In this document: one piece after another, positions 48,303 through 59,989 of the stretch
How the letters are laid out: each line of letters begins with the position of its first letter
Position numbering within the stretch: position 1 is the stretch's first letter
Assembly (NCBI RefSeq): GCF_044704955.1
Contig: NC_091990.1
Location: forward strand, 110,608,001 to 110,672,000
Direction: 5' to 3'
Source: Pristiophorus japonicus
Lineage: Eukaryota
DNA: 64,000 nucleotides
Made by a program: the position numbers and the translations under genes
The notes under the pieces: model-generated
The model's database searches: none
What the model saw: the letters and a program-made list of their open reading frames with translations, nothing else
What the model was told of the DNA's origin: nothing

Positions 48303-50965
48303 ATATTGGCTCCAATGAACAAAATGTTGAATCATTGTGGGTGGAGATTAGAGATAGTAAGGGGAAAAAGTCACTGGTCGGCGTAGTTTATAGGCCCCCA
48401 AATAATAACTTCACGGTGGGGCAGGCAATAATCAAGGGAATAATGGAGGCATGTGAAAAAGGAGCGACAGTAGTCATGGGGGATTTTAACCTACATATCG
48501 ATTGGTCAAATCAAATCGCAGGGGGTAGCCTGGAGGAGGAATTCATAGAATGCATACGGGACTGTTTCTTAGAACAGTATGTAACAGAGCCTACAAGGGA
48601 GCAAGCCATCTTGGATCTGGTCCTGTGTAATGAGACAGGAAAAATAAACGATCTCCTCGCAAAAGATCCTCTCGGAATGAGTGATCACAATATGGTTGAA
48701 TTTGTAATACAGATTGAGGATGAGGAAGTTGTATCAGAAACGAGGGTACTATGCTTAAACAAAGGGGACTACAGTGGGATGAGGGCAGAGTTGGCTAAAG
48801 TAGACTGGAAACAAGGACTAAACGGTGGCACAATTGAGGAACAGTGGAGGACTTTTAAGGAGCTCTTTCATAGTGCGCAAAAAAAATATATTCCAGTGAA
48901 AAAGAAGGGCGGCAAGAGAAGTGATAACCAGCAGTGGATAACCAAGGAAATAACGGAGAGTATCAAATTAAAAACCAATGCGTATAAGGTGGCCAAGGAT
49001 AGTGGGAAACTAGAAGATTGGGAAAATTTTAAACGACAGCAAAGAATGACTAAGAAAGCAATAAAGAAAGGAAAGATAGATTACGAAAGTAAACTGGCGC
49101 AAAACATAAAAACAGATAGTAAAAGCTTTTACCGATATATAAAATGGAAGAGAGTGACTAAAGTAAATGTTGGTCCCTTAGAAGATGAGAAGGGAGATTT
49201 AATAATGGGAAATGTGGAAATGGCTGAGACCTTAAACAATTATTTTGCTTCCGTCTTCACAGTGGAAGACACAAAAACAATGCCAAAATTTGCAGGCCAC
49301 AGGAATGTGGGAAGGGAGGACCTTGAGACAATCACTATCACTAGGGGAGTAGTGCTGGACAGGCTAATGGGACTGAAGGTAGACAAGTCCCCTGGTCCTG
49401 ATGAAATACATCCCAGGGTATTAAAAGAGATGGCTGAAGTTATAGCAGATGCATTCGTTACAATCTACCAAAATTCTCTGGACTCTGGGGAGGTACCAGC
49501 GGATTGGAGAGCAGCTAATGTAACGCCTCTGTTTAAAAAAGGGGGCAGGCAAAAGGCAGGTAGCTATAGGCCGGTTAGTTTAACATCTGTAGTGGGGAAA
49601 ATGCTTGAAACTATCATTAAGGAAGAAATAGCGGGACATCTGGATAGGAATAGTGCAATCAAGCAGACGCAGCATGGATTCATGAAAGGGAAATCATGTT
49701 TAACTAACTTACTGGAATTCTTTGAGGATATAACGAGCATGGTGGATAGAGGTGTACCGATGGATGTGGTGTATTTAGATTTCCAAAAGGCATTCGATAA
49801 GGTGCCACACAAAAGGTTACTACAGAAGATAAAGTTACGCGGAGTCAGAGGAAATGTATTAGCATGGATAGAGAATTGGCTGGCGAACAGAAAGCAGAGA
49901 GTCGGGATAAATGGGTCCTTTTCCGGTTGGAAATCAGTGGTTAGTGGTGTGCCACAGGGATCAGTGCTGGGACCACAACTGTTTACAATATACATAGATG
50001 ACCTAGAAGAGGGAACAGAGTGTAGTGCAGCAAAATTTGCAGATGACACTAAGATTAGTGGGAAAGCGGGTTGTGGAGAGGACTCAGAGAGACTGCAAGG
50101 AGATTTGGATAGGTTAAGCGAATGGGCTAAGGTTTGGCAGATGGAATACAATGTCGGAAAGTGCGAGGTCATCCACCTTGGGAAAAAAAAAACAGTAAAA
50201 GGGAATATTATTTGAATGGGGAGAAATTACAACATGCTGTAGTGCAAAGGGACCTGGGGGTCCTTGTGCATGAATCCCAAAAGGTTAGTTTGCAGGTAAT
50301 CAGGAAGGCAAATGGAATATTGGCCTTCATTGCGAAAGGGATGGAGTACAAAAGCAGGGAGGTCTTGCTGCAACTGTATAAGGTATTGGTAAGGCCACAC
50401 CTGGAGTACTGCGTGCAGTTTTGGTCACCTTACTTAAGGAAGGATATACTAGCTTTGGAAGGGGTACAGAGACGATTCACTAGGCTGATTCCAGAAATGA
50501 GGGGGTTACCTTATGATGATAGATTGAGTAGACTGGGTCTTTACTCCTTGGAGTTCAGAAGGATGAGGGGTGATCTTATAGAAACATTTAAAATCATGAA
50601 AGGGATAGACAAGATAGAGGCCGAGAGGTTGTTTCCATTGGTGGGGGAGACTAGAACTAGGGGGCACAGCCTTAAAATACGGAGGAGCCAATTTAAAACC
50701 AAGTTGAGAAAAAATTTCTTCTCCCAGAGGGTTGTGAATCTGTGGAATTCTCTGCCTAAGGAAGCAGTTGAGGCTAGCTCATTAAATGTTTTCAAGTCAA
50801 AGATAGATAGATTTTTAACCAATAAGGGAATTAAGGGTTATGGGGAGAGGGCGGGTAAGTGGAGCTGAGTCCACGACCAGATCAGCCATGATCTTATTGA
50901 ATGGCGGGGTAGGCTCGAGGGGCTGGATGGCCTACTCCTGTTCCTAATTCTTATGTTCTTATGTT
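48303..50965 (+). mobile_element. Young CR1 LINE, 5'-truncated within the endonuclease
   Basis: Long ORF2 segments, complete 3' UTR and (ttcttatg)n tail. Confidence 0.97.
48335..50868 (+). pseudogene. CR1 ORF2 (partial APE endonuclease + reverse transcriptase), one frameshift at an A10 run (50183-50192)
   Basis: ORFs 48335-50215 and 50134-50868: [47 protein letters not shown]. Confidence 0.93.
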
Positions 50966-51279
50966 CTCTTCTAATGGCCATGGGATCTTTAGTGCCTCGG
51001 TTTAAGTCTGATCCGAAAGACAAGATGTTACGTAAATACAAGTTGCAACGAGAGCCTAGAAATTAATGTTGTGAACATTAGCCTCAGAGTCATTGCCTCC
51101 ATTTATGCTTCTTGTGCCTGCTATTATAACGGAGTTGTTAAACACACGCGCACACGCTACTTTGAGACAATCAGCAGTCTTAATGGAAAGGAGTGATTAA
51201 TCCTATCCCATTATGTGTCGTTTGCTCATCCTCCCCGAGCACCACTGATCCATGACCATCAATGACACCAGCAATCTTC

Positions 51280-51592
51280 ACCTCATTGAAACGCATAAAA
51301 TTCATACAGGGCTTGACAGGTTAGATGCTGAGAAGTCGTTTCGCCTAGCTGGAGAATCTAGAACCAGGGGTCACAGTCTCAGGATAAGGGGTCGGCCATT
51401 TAGGACTGAGATGAGGAGAAACTTCTTCACTCAGAGGATGGTGAATCTTTCGAATTCTCTACCCCAGAGGGCTGTGGAGGCTCAGTCGTTGAGTATATTC
51501 AAGACTGATTCATTGGGCACTAAGGGAATCGTGGGATATGGGGAAGTGGAGTTGAGGTAGAAGATCAGCCGTGATCTTATTGAATGGCGGAG
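51280..51592 (+). mobile_element. CR1 LINE 3' fragment
   Basis: GLDRLDAE..ESRTRGHSLRIRGRPFRTEMRRNFFTQR. Confidence 0.9.
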
Positions 51593-51744
51593 CTTCTACA
51601 GCAACAACCCTTCCTGGTCTATGCAACCCGTCCTCATAATTTAATCCTCTGGGTGTCCACATAGACAACATCCATAGACACTCCCTTGTTCATGTTAGTG
51701 ACCTCCTCAAAATGGTTACTAGTAGATTTATTTTCAGATCCTTC

Positions 51745-52783
51745 CATGGCCTCACGCCCCCCCCCGCCGCGCCCCCCCTCCCCACCCCCCGACCCAACTT
51801 GTACCGAGGCCACCCAGGATAAAGAAAGAGAGTCCTCCTCTGGTACTATCTGGCACTGAGGTGTCCGTGCCGACTGGTGCCAGAATCAGGCTGGTTCCCT
51901 CAAGCGCCGCCAGCTACTGTTGGTGAGCCCATCACCAGAGGTATCCATTGTTCCCTCTGGTGACACCAACCCAGCCCTGGGACATTGGTCTCCACTGGCG
52001 CCAGCTCATTTGGGGCCCCAACCTCGAGGAATTCGACCCCATTCAAGGTCACCTATGCTGCGGGTGACTTCCACTTTGATGAGGGCAGTCGCAAGTCTCC
52101 ATTCACTTTTATAGATCTGTGATTGTCACCCCCCACCACTGCAGACCCACCTTCAGCCACTCCCACAACACCCGAGGGGCACTCCCAGGGAGGGTGCATG
52201 AGCTGCGGAAGCCAAGTTGGGAGCCTGAGTCAGTCCACACTACCCAGGCAAATGGAGTTCTACGCGGCCTCCTCACCTAACGCTGACGCGTTCCAAGGGC
52301 CCTCCCCTTCCGTTAAACGGGAGGGCATGCTGCAAGCTCTGCAGGGGCCAATGGAGTGGCAGGCTGCACAATCGCAGCACGGAACTTGTAAAAATCAACA
52401 CCGAGGCCGGACTGATAAGTCAGGGGGTGGCGCAAAATGGCGCTACGCACTTCCCCTTTACATTTCGGCCCGCGAGCGGAGTACAGCCCGGTTCGCGGCC
52501 CGCAAGGCTGACACTGACATCACCCACGGCAGCCTCATGGGGCGCTGCCCAATGTCTGCCGTGGGGTGAAAATGGGCCCCTGCAGGGCGTAAAGGGGTTG
52601 CCACGCATGGCGATGACATCATCACTGGAGGCACAGCGGCTCGGGGTGCTACTGGCGGGGGCGCAGTGCTACTGGTTTCGCACCTCCGTTACACCCACCC
52701 CCTCCGGGTGAAAACACTTTCGTGCTCATTAGTGCCCTTGGAGGCACTAACGGGCGGCGCACAACAGTGGAATTTCACCCCCA
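51745..52783. mobile_element. Possible partial DNA-transposon remnant (GC-rich)
   Basis: CpG-rich block ending in GGAATTTCACCCC, resembling the TIR style at 16953 and 25355. No matching left TIR found. Confidence 0.3.
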
Positions 52784-53380
52784 ATGTGTCTCCAGACAGG
52801 CAATATGACAGTAGTCCGTTAAGTCAACAAACCGGGTTGGACTCCTTCCTGGGTCTCTCAGTCAAGATGAAGCGTTGCACAACTTGGCAACACTATTGGT
52901 GCCACATTTGGCCAGGGTGGACAACACAACAGTCAGCACACTTAGCTGCTCTGTAGCTCACTCTAACTAATAGATGATCCACACGGAGGTAGTCGAGAAC
53001 ATCTCAAGGACTTGGGAGGGTGGGCAATTACTAGATTGATCGACCTGCTCGCATCACCGGACGATTACCAATCTCCGCGAGGAACTCAGGCATTCAGAGT
53101 GGAGTCTGGACAGTCTTTTGTTTCTAGATTCTATTTCCCAGCGTTGCCTGATCTCCAGGCTGCTGCCAGCAGATGGTAGTTCTGGTTAACCCTTTAGCTG
53201 CCTCACAAACTGTGCTTCTCAGACACCCAGGTGTTGAATACTGACAGTTTGACTTCAGGAGCCTACAGGAGAATGTCAGGTCATTTGAAGACGACCCTAC
53301 TTATTTTTTTTAGGGAACCTTTCATTCGGACATCCTCCACACACTGCTGGACACTGTCCAACTGGTACTTGATCTTACAT

Positions 53381-53629
53381 TGGCCAGACCGAGTAAGGAC
53401 GGCAGCTTTCCTTCCCTAAAGAACATTAATGAACCAGAGAATTTTAACAACAATCCTATAGTTTTATGGTCATCATTACTGATACTAGCTTTTTATTCCA
53501 GATTTATTTAATTAACTGAATTTAAATTCCCCAGCTGCCGTGGTGAGATTTGAACTCTGGTCTCCGGATCTTTAGTCCAGGTCTCTGGATTAGTTTGTCC
53601 AGTAACATAACCACTATGCTATTGTTCCC
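53381..53629 (-). mobile_element. Second tRNA-derived SINE family, 5' portion
   Basis: Colinear with ~32380-32624. Confidence 0.85.
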
Positions 53630-54126
53630 AATTGCTATTGTGAGCAAACCAGGGGGAAAAAATAAACAGGGCATTAAAAAAAATGATGTTTTCTTTCCCC
53701 ATTTTCTTTGACCACTTTCGTTTATTTATAAACATATTGAAGACGGGGAAGAAAGTCGTTTGGAGTCAGGTCATGTGACGAGCGCTCCAGTAATGCGTCC
53801 AACCAGAGATGAGTGACTCATGCCATTTATATATCAAAATAAAACAACAATAGGCGTTGATAATTAGGAGTGGCACCTAAACACACACGTGCAGAATGTG
53901 ACCCTTGTTGAATAATCATTGACTACTGAGGCACAATTGGCTCGAAATAACAGTTTACCAAACAGAAAAGCTGCATATTAATGGCACAGTAATTAGCTTG
54001 GGATATAATAGGCTTTATTTTGAAAGTGATTAGCTCCCAAACTCTCATTACTTCGTGGCTTGCCAAGGAACAATTCTTTCATTCACAGATTTTGGAAGTC
54101 ACAACCAATCAACACAGTGTTAACTC

Positions 54127-56207
54127 ACATAGAAACATAGAAACATAGAAAATAGGTGCAGGAGTAGGCCATTCGGCCCTTCTAGCCTGCACCGCCATTC
54201 AATGAGTTCATGGCTGAACATGCAACTTCAGTACCCCATTCCTGCTTTCTCACCATACCCCTTGATTCCCCTAGTAGTAAGGACTTCATCTAACTCCTTT
54301 TTGAATATATTTAGTGAATTGGCCTCAACAACTTTCTGTGGTAGAGAATTCCACAGGTTCACCACTCTCTGGGTGAAGAAATTCCTCCTCATCTCAGTCC
54401 TAAATGGCTTCCCCCTTATCCTTAGACTGTGTCCCCTGGTTCTGGACTTCCCCAACATTGGGAACATTCTTCCTGCATCTAACCTGTCTAACCCCGTCAG
54501 AATTTTAAACGTTTCTATGAGGTCCCCTCTCATTCTTCTGAACTCCAGTGAATACAAGCCCAGTTGATCCAGTCTTTCTTGATAGGTCAGTCCCGCCATC
54601 CCAGGAATCAGTCTGGTGAACCTTCGCTGCACTCCCTCAATAGCAAGAATGTCCTTCCTCAGGTTAGGAGACCAAAACTGTACACAATACTCCAGGTGTG
54701 GCCTCACCAAGGCCCTGTACAATTGTAGCAACACCTCCCTGCCCTTGTACTCAAATCCCCTCGCTATGAAGGCCAACATGCCATTTGCTTTCTTAACCAC
54801 CTGCTGTACCTGCATGCCAACCTTCAATGACTGATGTACCATGACACCCAGGTCTCTTTGCACCTCCCCTTTTCCTAATCTGTCACCATTCAGATAATAG
54901 TCTGTCTCTCTGTTTTTACCACCAAAGTGGATAACCTCACATTTATCCACATTATACTTCATCTGCCATGCATTTGCCCACTCACCTAACCTATCCAAGT
55001 CGCTCTGCAGCCTCATAGAATCCTCCTTGCAGCTCACACTGCCACCCAACTTAGTGTCATCCGCAAATTTGGAAATACTACATTTAATCCCCTCGTCTAA
55101 ATCATTAATGTACAGTGTAAACAGCTGGGGCCCCAGCACAGAACCTTGCGGTACCCCACTAGTCACTGCCTGCCATTCTGAAAAGTCCCCATTTACTCCT
55201 ACTCTTTGCTTCCTGTCTGACAACCAGTTCTCAATACATGTCAGCACACTACCCCCAATCCCATGTGCTTTAACTTTGCACATTAATCTCTTGTGTGGGA
55301 CCTTGTCGAAAGCCTTCTGAAAGTCCAAATATACCACATCAACTGGTTCTCCCTTGTCCACTCTACTGGAAACATCCTCAAAAAATTCCAGAAGATTTGT
55401 CAAGCATGATTTCCCTTTCACAAATCCATGCTGACTTGGACCTATCATGTCACCTCTTTCTAAATGCGCTGCTATGACATCCTTAATAATTGATTCCATT
55501 ATTTTATCCACTACCGATGTCAGGCTGACCGGTCTGTAATTCCCTGTTTTCTCTCTCCCTCCTTTTTTAAAAAGTGGGGTTACATTGGCTACCCTCCACT
55601 CCATAGGAACTGATCCAGAGTCAATGGAATGTTGGAAAATGACTGTCAATGCATCCACTATTTCCAAGGCCACCTCCTTAAGTACTCTGGGATGCAGTCC
55701 ATCAGGCCCTGGGGATTTATCGGCCTTCAATCCCATCAATTTCCCCAACACAATTTCCCGACTAATAAGGATTTCCCTCAGTTCCTCCTCCTTACTAGAC
55801 CCTCCGACCCCTTTTATATCCGGAAGGTTGTTTGTGTCCTCCTTAGTGAATACCGAACCAAAGTACTTGTTCAATTGGTCCGCCATTTCTTTGTTCCCCG
55901 TTATGACTTCCCCTGATTCTGACTGCAGGGGACCTACGTTTGTCTTTACTAACCTTTTTCTCTTTACATATCTATAGAAACTTTTGCAATCCGTCTTAAT
56001 GTTCCCTGCAAGCTTCTTCTCGTACTCCATTTTCCCTGCCCTAATCAAACCCTTTGTCCTCCTCTGCTGAGTTCTAAATTTCTCCCAGTCCCCGGGTTCT
56101 CTGCTATTTCTGGCCAATTTGTATGCCACTTCCTTGGCTTTAATGCTATCCCTGATTTCCCTTGATAGCCACGGTTGAGCCACCTTCCCTTTTTTATTTT
56201 TATTTTT
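54127..56207 (-). mobile_element. Young CR1 LINE, 5'-truncated
   Basis: Uninterrupted ORF2 3' part, 3' UTR, three (tttctatg) tail repeats. Confidence 0.97.
54228..56183 (-). CDS. CR1 ORF2 reverse transcriptase region, open over 651 codons; lacks endonuclease and true start, so not an autonomous gene
   Basis: [56 protein letters not shown]. Confidence 0.85.
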   Translation of the reverse strand: MAQPWLSREIRDSIKAKEVAYKLARNSREPGDWEKFRTQQRRTKGLIRAGKMEYEKKLAGNIKTDCKSFYRYVKRKRLVKTNVGPLQSESGEVITGNKEMADQLNKYFGSVFTKEDTNNLPDIKGVGGSSKEEELREILISREIVLGKLMGLKADKSPGPDGLHPRVLKEVALEIVDALTVIFQHSIDSGSVPMEWRVANVTPLFKKGGREKTGNYRPVSLTSVVDKIMESIIKDVIAAHLERGDMIGPSQHGFVKGKSCLTNLLEFFEDVSSRVDKGEPVDVVYLDFQKAFDKVPHKRLMCKVKAHGIGGSVLTCIENWLSDRKQRVGVNGDFSEWQAVTSGVPQGSVLGPQLFTLYINDLDEGIKCSISKFADDTKLGGSVSCKEDSMRLQSDLDRLGEWANAWQMKYNVDKCEVIHFGGKNRETDYYLNGDRLGKGEVQRDLGVMVHQSLKVGMQVQQVVKKANGMLAFIARGFEYKGREVLLQLYRALVRPHLEYCVQFWSPNLRKDILAIEGVQRRFTRLIPGMAGLTYQERLDQLGLYSLEFRRMRGDLIETFKILTGLDRLDAGRMFPMLGKSRTRGHSLRIRGKPFRTEMRRNFFTQRVVNLWNSLPQKVVEANSLNIFKKELDEVLTTRGIKGYGEKAGMGY

Positions 56208-56332
56208 ACAACAGACCCGGATGTTTAAAGAACTTTCATTTTCAATCGTAATTGAGAATGACTACTTTGAGAACCACCTTCCAGGTTCAGCTACAGAATT
56301 CTCACAAGATCCTTCTCAGATAGTCTCTCCTA

Positions 56333-56720
56333 TCGAGGATAACTTGCTTTCACACCAAAAAGGGATGAGTTCAGAGGTGTTTCGATGAAGGACCTAATAT
56401 TCCAGGTCCAGAACTGCATATTGAAGGGTGGAAGATGCCTGTGTGTGGATTTTTTTAACCTGTGATGGCCGTTGCACCCCAGCCACCACATGGGCTTGAT
56501 AGAGCTAGGTCTTGGTCCAGTGGCAAGGATTAACCAAGACGACTGGAGGCTAGTTCTGCTGCACAGACCTAGTGCGCACACATATCGCAGTGTGGGCTGG
56601 CCCATGCTGCCCCTGGGCCCATGCCTCTCCTGAGCCCCGAACTCTCGCCTCTCCTGGGTCCCGGTCTCTCTCTGCTCCTCTGCCCCGGTCATTCGCTGAG
56701 TCTCTGCTGTGCCTGGACCC
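56333..56720 (-). mobile_element. Candidate non-autonomous element with RTE-type 3' tail
   Basis: 56333-56400 matches RTE 3' ends at ~12274 and ~41186; the body does not resemble RTE ORF. 5' end not defined. Confidence 0.5.
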
Positions 56721-57678
56721 CACCGAAGTTCCTGCCTACATTCCAATCGACGACCTGGGTTTTGCTGACGTCACTCAGTCGCTCTCCTGGAATGGCTCAC
56801 GCTGTATTTGGAATTGGCATAGATCCTCCTCTTATATCCTGACCTGTGGCTGGTGTGTTTACAACGCACTCTTCATATCGTTAATGCCCAAAAGGAGTAG
56901 AACGAGATGCTAAATAGCAATATTAAGAAGCAATGGACACAAATAATGTCCTACCATCACTGGACAGCTGCTGGCTATGGCCTTCAATCCACCTTTTTCA
57001 CAGATGTCAAGCCAGCTCCTTCTTCAAGGTGACAATTGACCATGGATGATAATCTTGAAATATATTCTCCTCTGTTTCTTTTCCTGCTGCCAACATTAAA
57101 TTACTTGGTTTTATTTCCTCATTGTCTTTCAACAAAACTTGTATTTATGTAAACATGCTTATTTGTACTGCAAAAATGGCCACCGTGCTCCTCCCTTTGT
57201 TTCTGATTGGTCGCCTTGGAGGATAAGCCACACCCTGAAGTTTCACAGGAATGTGTAACTGGAACCGACCCATCCCAAGATCTCAATGACTTTGCAAATT
57301 TTAACTCGATCCACTTTGACTTACTGAAGCGACAGAGGTTGGAGCTCCCAAGAAGACAGCAAGGGCCAGCCAAAGTCCTGTACCCCAGTCCAAGTGCATG
57401 CCTCCCCCAGCCAAAGTGCTCCCGACCCCGGCCAGAGCGCGGGAGGCAGGCCGATGGGACTCAGTACAATCTGCGTGCTGAGCCGGGATCGCGTTAAGAG
57501 CAAGCCCACCCAGCATAAGCAGTGGAGTATGGTTGCAGGAGTTCCCAGCATCGAGGAGAAAGATAGCGGCCAAGTGAAAAATTAGCCAGGGGGGTTTAAA
57601 CATAAGAATTATGTTTTTTTTTAAATAAGTATCAAGCTTTTATTTATAATTTAATTCAAAATATAATTAGTAGTAGTA

Positions 57679-57916
57679 CAGGTTTAACCTCTCTCTCTCC
57701 CCCCCCCCCCCCACCAGAATACTCACCCTCAAGGCCACTTAGGCAATCAGTGCCTTCAGAATCGGACCGAGGAAGGAGTCTCCGTCTTCAAGAGATGAGA
57801 ATATTGGTGAGTATGAAGAAAATATATCTGCGCATGCGCCACCCGGTGGCCGGGAATGGTGCCAGACGAGGGGTGGTGCTGGATAAGTGTGTGTCCCGGA
57901 TAAGAGGTTCAACCTA
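57679..57916. mobile_element. Tc1/mariner (Tigger/pogo-like) MITE
   Basis: 14-bp TIRs CAGGTTTAACCTCT / AGAGGTTCAACCTA (12/14), TA on both sides (57677-57678, 57917-57918). Confidence 0.7.
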
Positions 57917-58002
57917 TACAAAATAAACAATAGCACAATGCAATTGTGATTTATGCCCGCCAATCTATCCGTGGTGTTGACGAACTTGCACTGATACAGA
58001 CC

Positions 58003-58378
58003 ATTCACAATGTCAGGAAGTCCCAAAGCACATTACAGCCAATGGAGTACTTTCTTAAAGTGTAATCGCTGCTGTAATTTAGGAAACGCAGCAGTTAATT
58101 TGCACACAGCAAACTCCCACGAACAGCAATGTGGTCATCGGTTTAAGGATAAATATTGGCCAGGATTCCCCTGCTCTTCTTCAAAATAGTGCCATGGGAT
58201 CTTTTCTGTCCACCTCATACAGCAGACAGGGCCTTGGTTTAATGTGTCATTTGAAAGATGGCGCCTCCAACAGTGCAGCACTCCCTCAGTACTGCCCCTC
58301 CGACAGTGCAGCACTCCCTCAGTACTGCACTAGAGTGTCAGCCTAGATTTTGTGCTACCACTGAGCCATGGCAGACAC
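58003..58378 (-). mobile_element. Deu-domain SINE with 2x 33-bp internal repeat
   Basis: Tail, Deu core, duplicated cctcc(a/g)acagtgcagcactccctcagtactgc at ~58264-58328. Confidence 0.88.
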
Positions 58379-59252
58379 CTAAATCAAACGGCTAGGCAAG
58401 TTTAAAAGCACTGGATAATAGAACAAGAAACCTGAATGGGTTTTAAGAAGGAACTAAACGGGTTCTTATTAACAAATGGGATTCAGGGTTACTAGAGATG
58501 CACCAAGGGACTACACTGGATCGGTGGGCTAGATGGGCGAAGGTCTTCTCTTGCATGCAATTGGTACTATGTTACCCAACTGGTTCACTGATGCCCTTTC
58601 GAGATGGAAACCTGCCGACCTTACCCAATCTGATCTATACGTGATTCCAGTCCCACCCCAACATGGTCAACTCTTAACTGCCCTCCGAGGTGGCCCAGTA
58701 AGCCCCTCAGTCATATCAAACTGTTACACTGTGGAAGTTCAAGAAGAAAACTCACCATTGTTGTTTTAAACAATCTTCCGTCGTTCACTTGTGTAGTAAC
58801 GAATTCAGTCTTATGGCTATAAACTTTATTTTTCTACTCTCACATCAAAAACAATCTTGAAGCAGAGTATCAATTTTTCAGAGTATAGCAAAATTTACAA
58901 GCGGAGTTTTGTCAGCATGTTTGAACGTAGGCAGGCACTCATCCTTGTACGTTTCTCTCTTCACCAACTTAACACTAAGGCTCACCATTGTTGTTTTATA
59001 CACTGTTATTGCTCCTCATCAAACTGGAACTGGCAATGCTTTAAATTTCAGTCCCTGCTCAATGCACAGTCCACCAGTCGATTCTTAAGCATACAAGTTT
59101 AGATTTCTCTACAAGATACATACATCAGCAAACTTTTGCATAAGTTGCAGTGTCCGTGTCGTTGTGACCTGAACAGCTATAATCTAAACATTCTATCATT
59201 ACATCATATAAACATCCTTACTTCAATCTCGAACACTGACTGTTGCTAGGGT

Positions 59253-59571
59253 GATTTTTTTTTGGTCCTGGGATGTGGGCAAGGCCAGCATTTATTGCCC
59301 TTCCCTAATTGCCCTTGAGCCGCAGCCTTGAACTGCTGCAGTCCGTGTGGTGAAGGTGCTCCCACAGTGCTGTTAGGGAGGGAGTTCCAGGATTTTGACC
59401 CAGCGATAATGAAGGAACGGCAACATACTTCCAAGTCAGGATGGTGTGTGACTTGGAGGGAAATGTGGAGGTGGTGGTGTTCTCATACGCCTGCTGCCCT
59501 CGTCCTTCTAGGTGGTAGAGGTCGCGGGTTTGGGAGGCGCTGTCGAAGAAGCCTTGGCAAGTTGCTGCAGG
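59253..59571 (-). mobile_element. 3' end of a distinct CR1/L2-group LINE sharing its tail with the second SINE family
   Basis: SFIIAGSKSWNSLPNSTVG..GLQQFK followed by agggcaattagggaagggcaataaatgctggcc. A plus-strand tail copy lies at 59640-59726. Confidence 0.75.
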
Positions 59572-59989
59572 GCAGCCTGTAATTCTCTCTCTCTCTCTCA
59601 TTTATAGACCAGGGTATCTCTCTCCCTCATGTACCAACAACCACCACCTTCTCAGGGCAACTAGGGATGGGCAATAAATGCCGGTCTTGCCAGCGTTTCC
59701 CACTTCCCAAGAATGAATTTTTAAAAATTACAGATTGCAGGATTCCCTGTGTTCAGTTACAGGCACTAGTTAGAATAAAAATCTCTCATTGATGTCAGGA
59801 GACAAGTTCTTTCAACAATGATTAAATAAATAAGGTTATTATTGTTCATCTCACACAACTGCATTATTGAACTTCTGCATGCAACTCTTCCTCAAAAATA
59901 CAACATTGAAATGCACTCACTCAGTGGCCTCATCGAGCGTGAAGGATGTGCACAGACATATTGCAGTGATCACAAATGCACAGATAATG

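Noticed and set aside
49564-50172. Antisense ORFs over CR1 RT (also 54202-55977 on plus)
   Set aside because: Shadow frames of the LINE ORF2.
57207-57497. 96-aa ORF in unique sequence
   Set aside because: Non-ATG start, no recognisable homology, no flanking donor.
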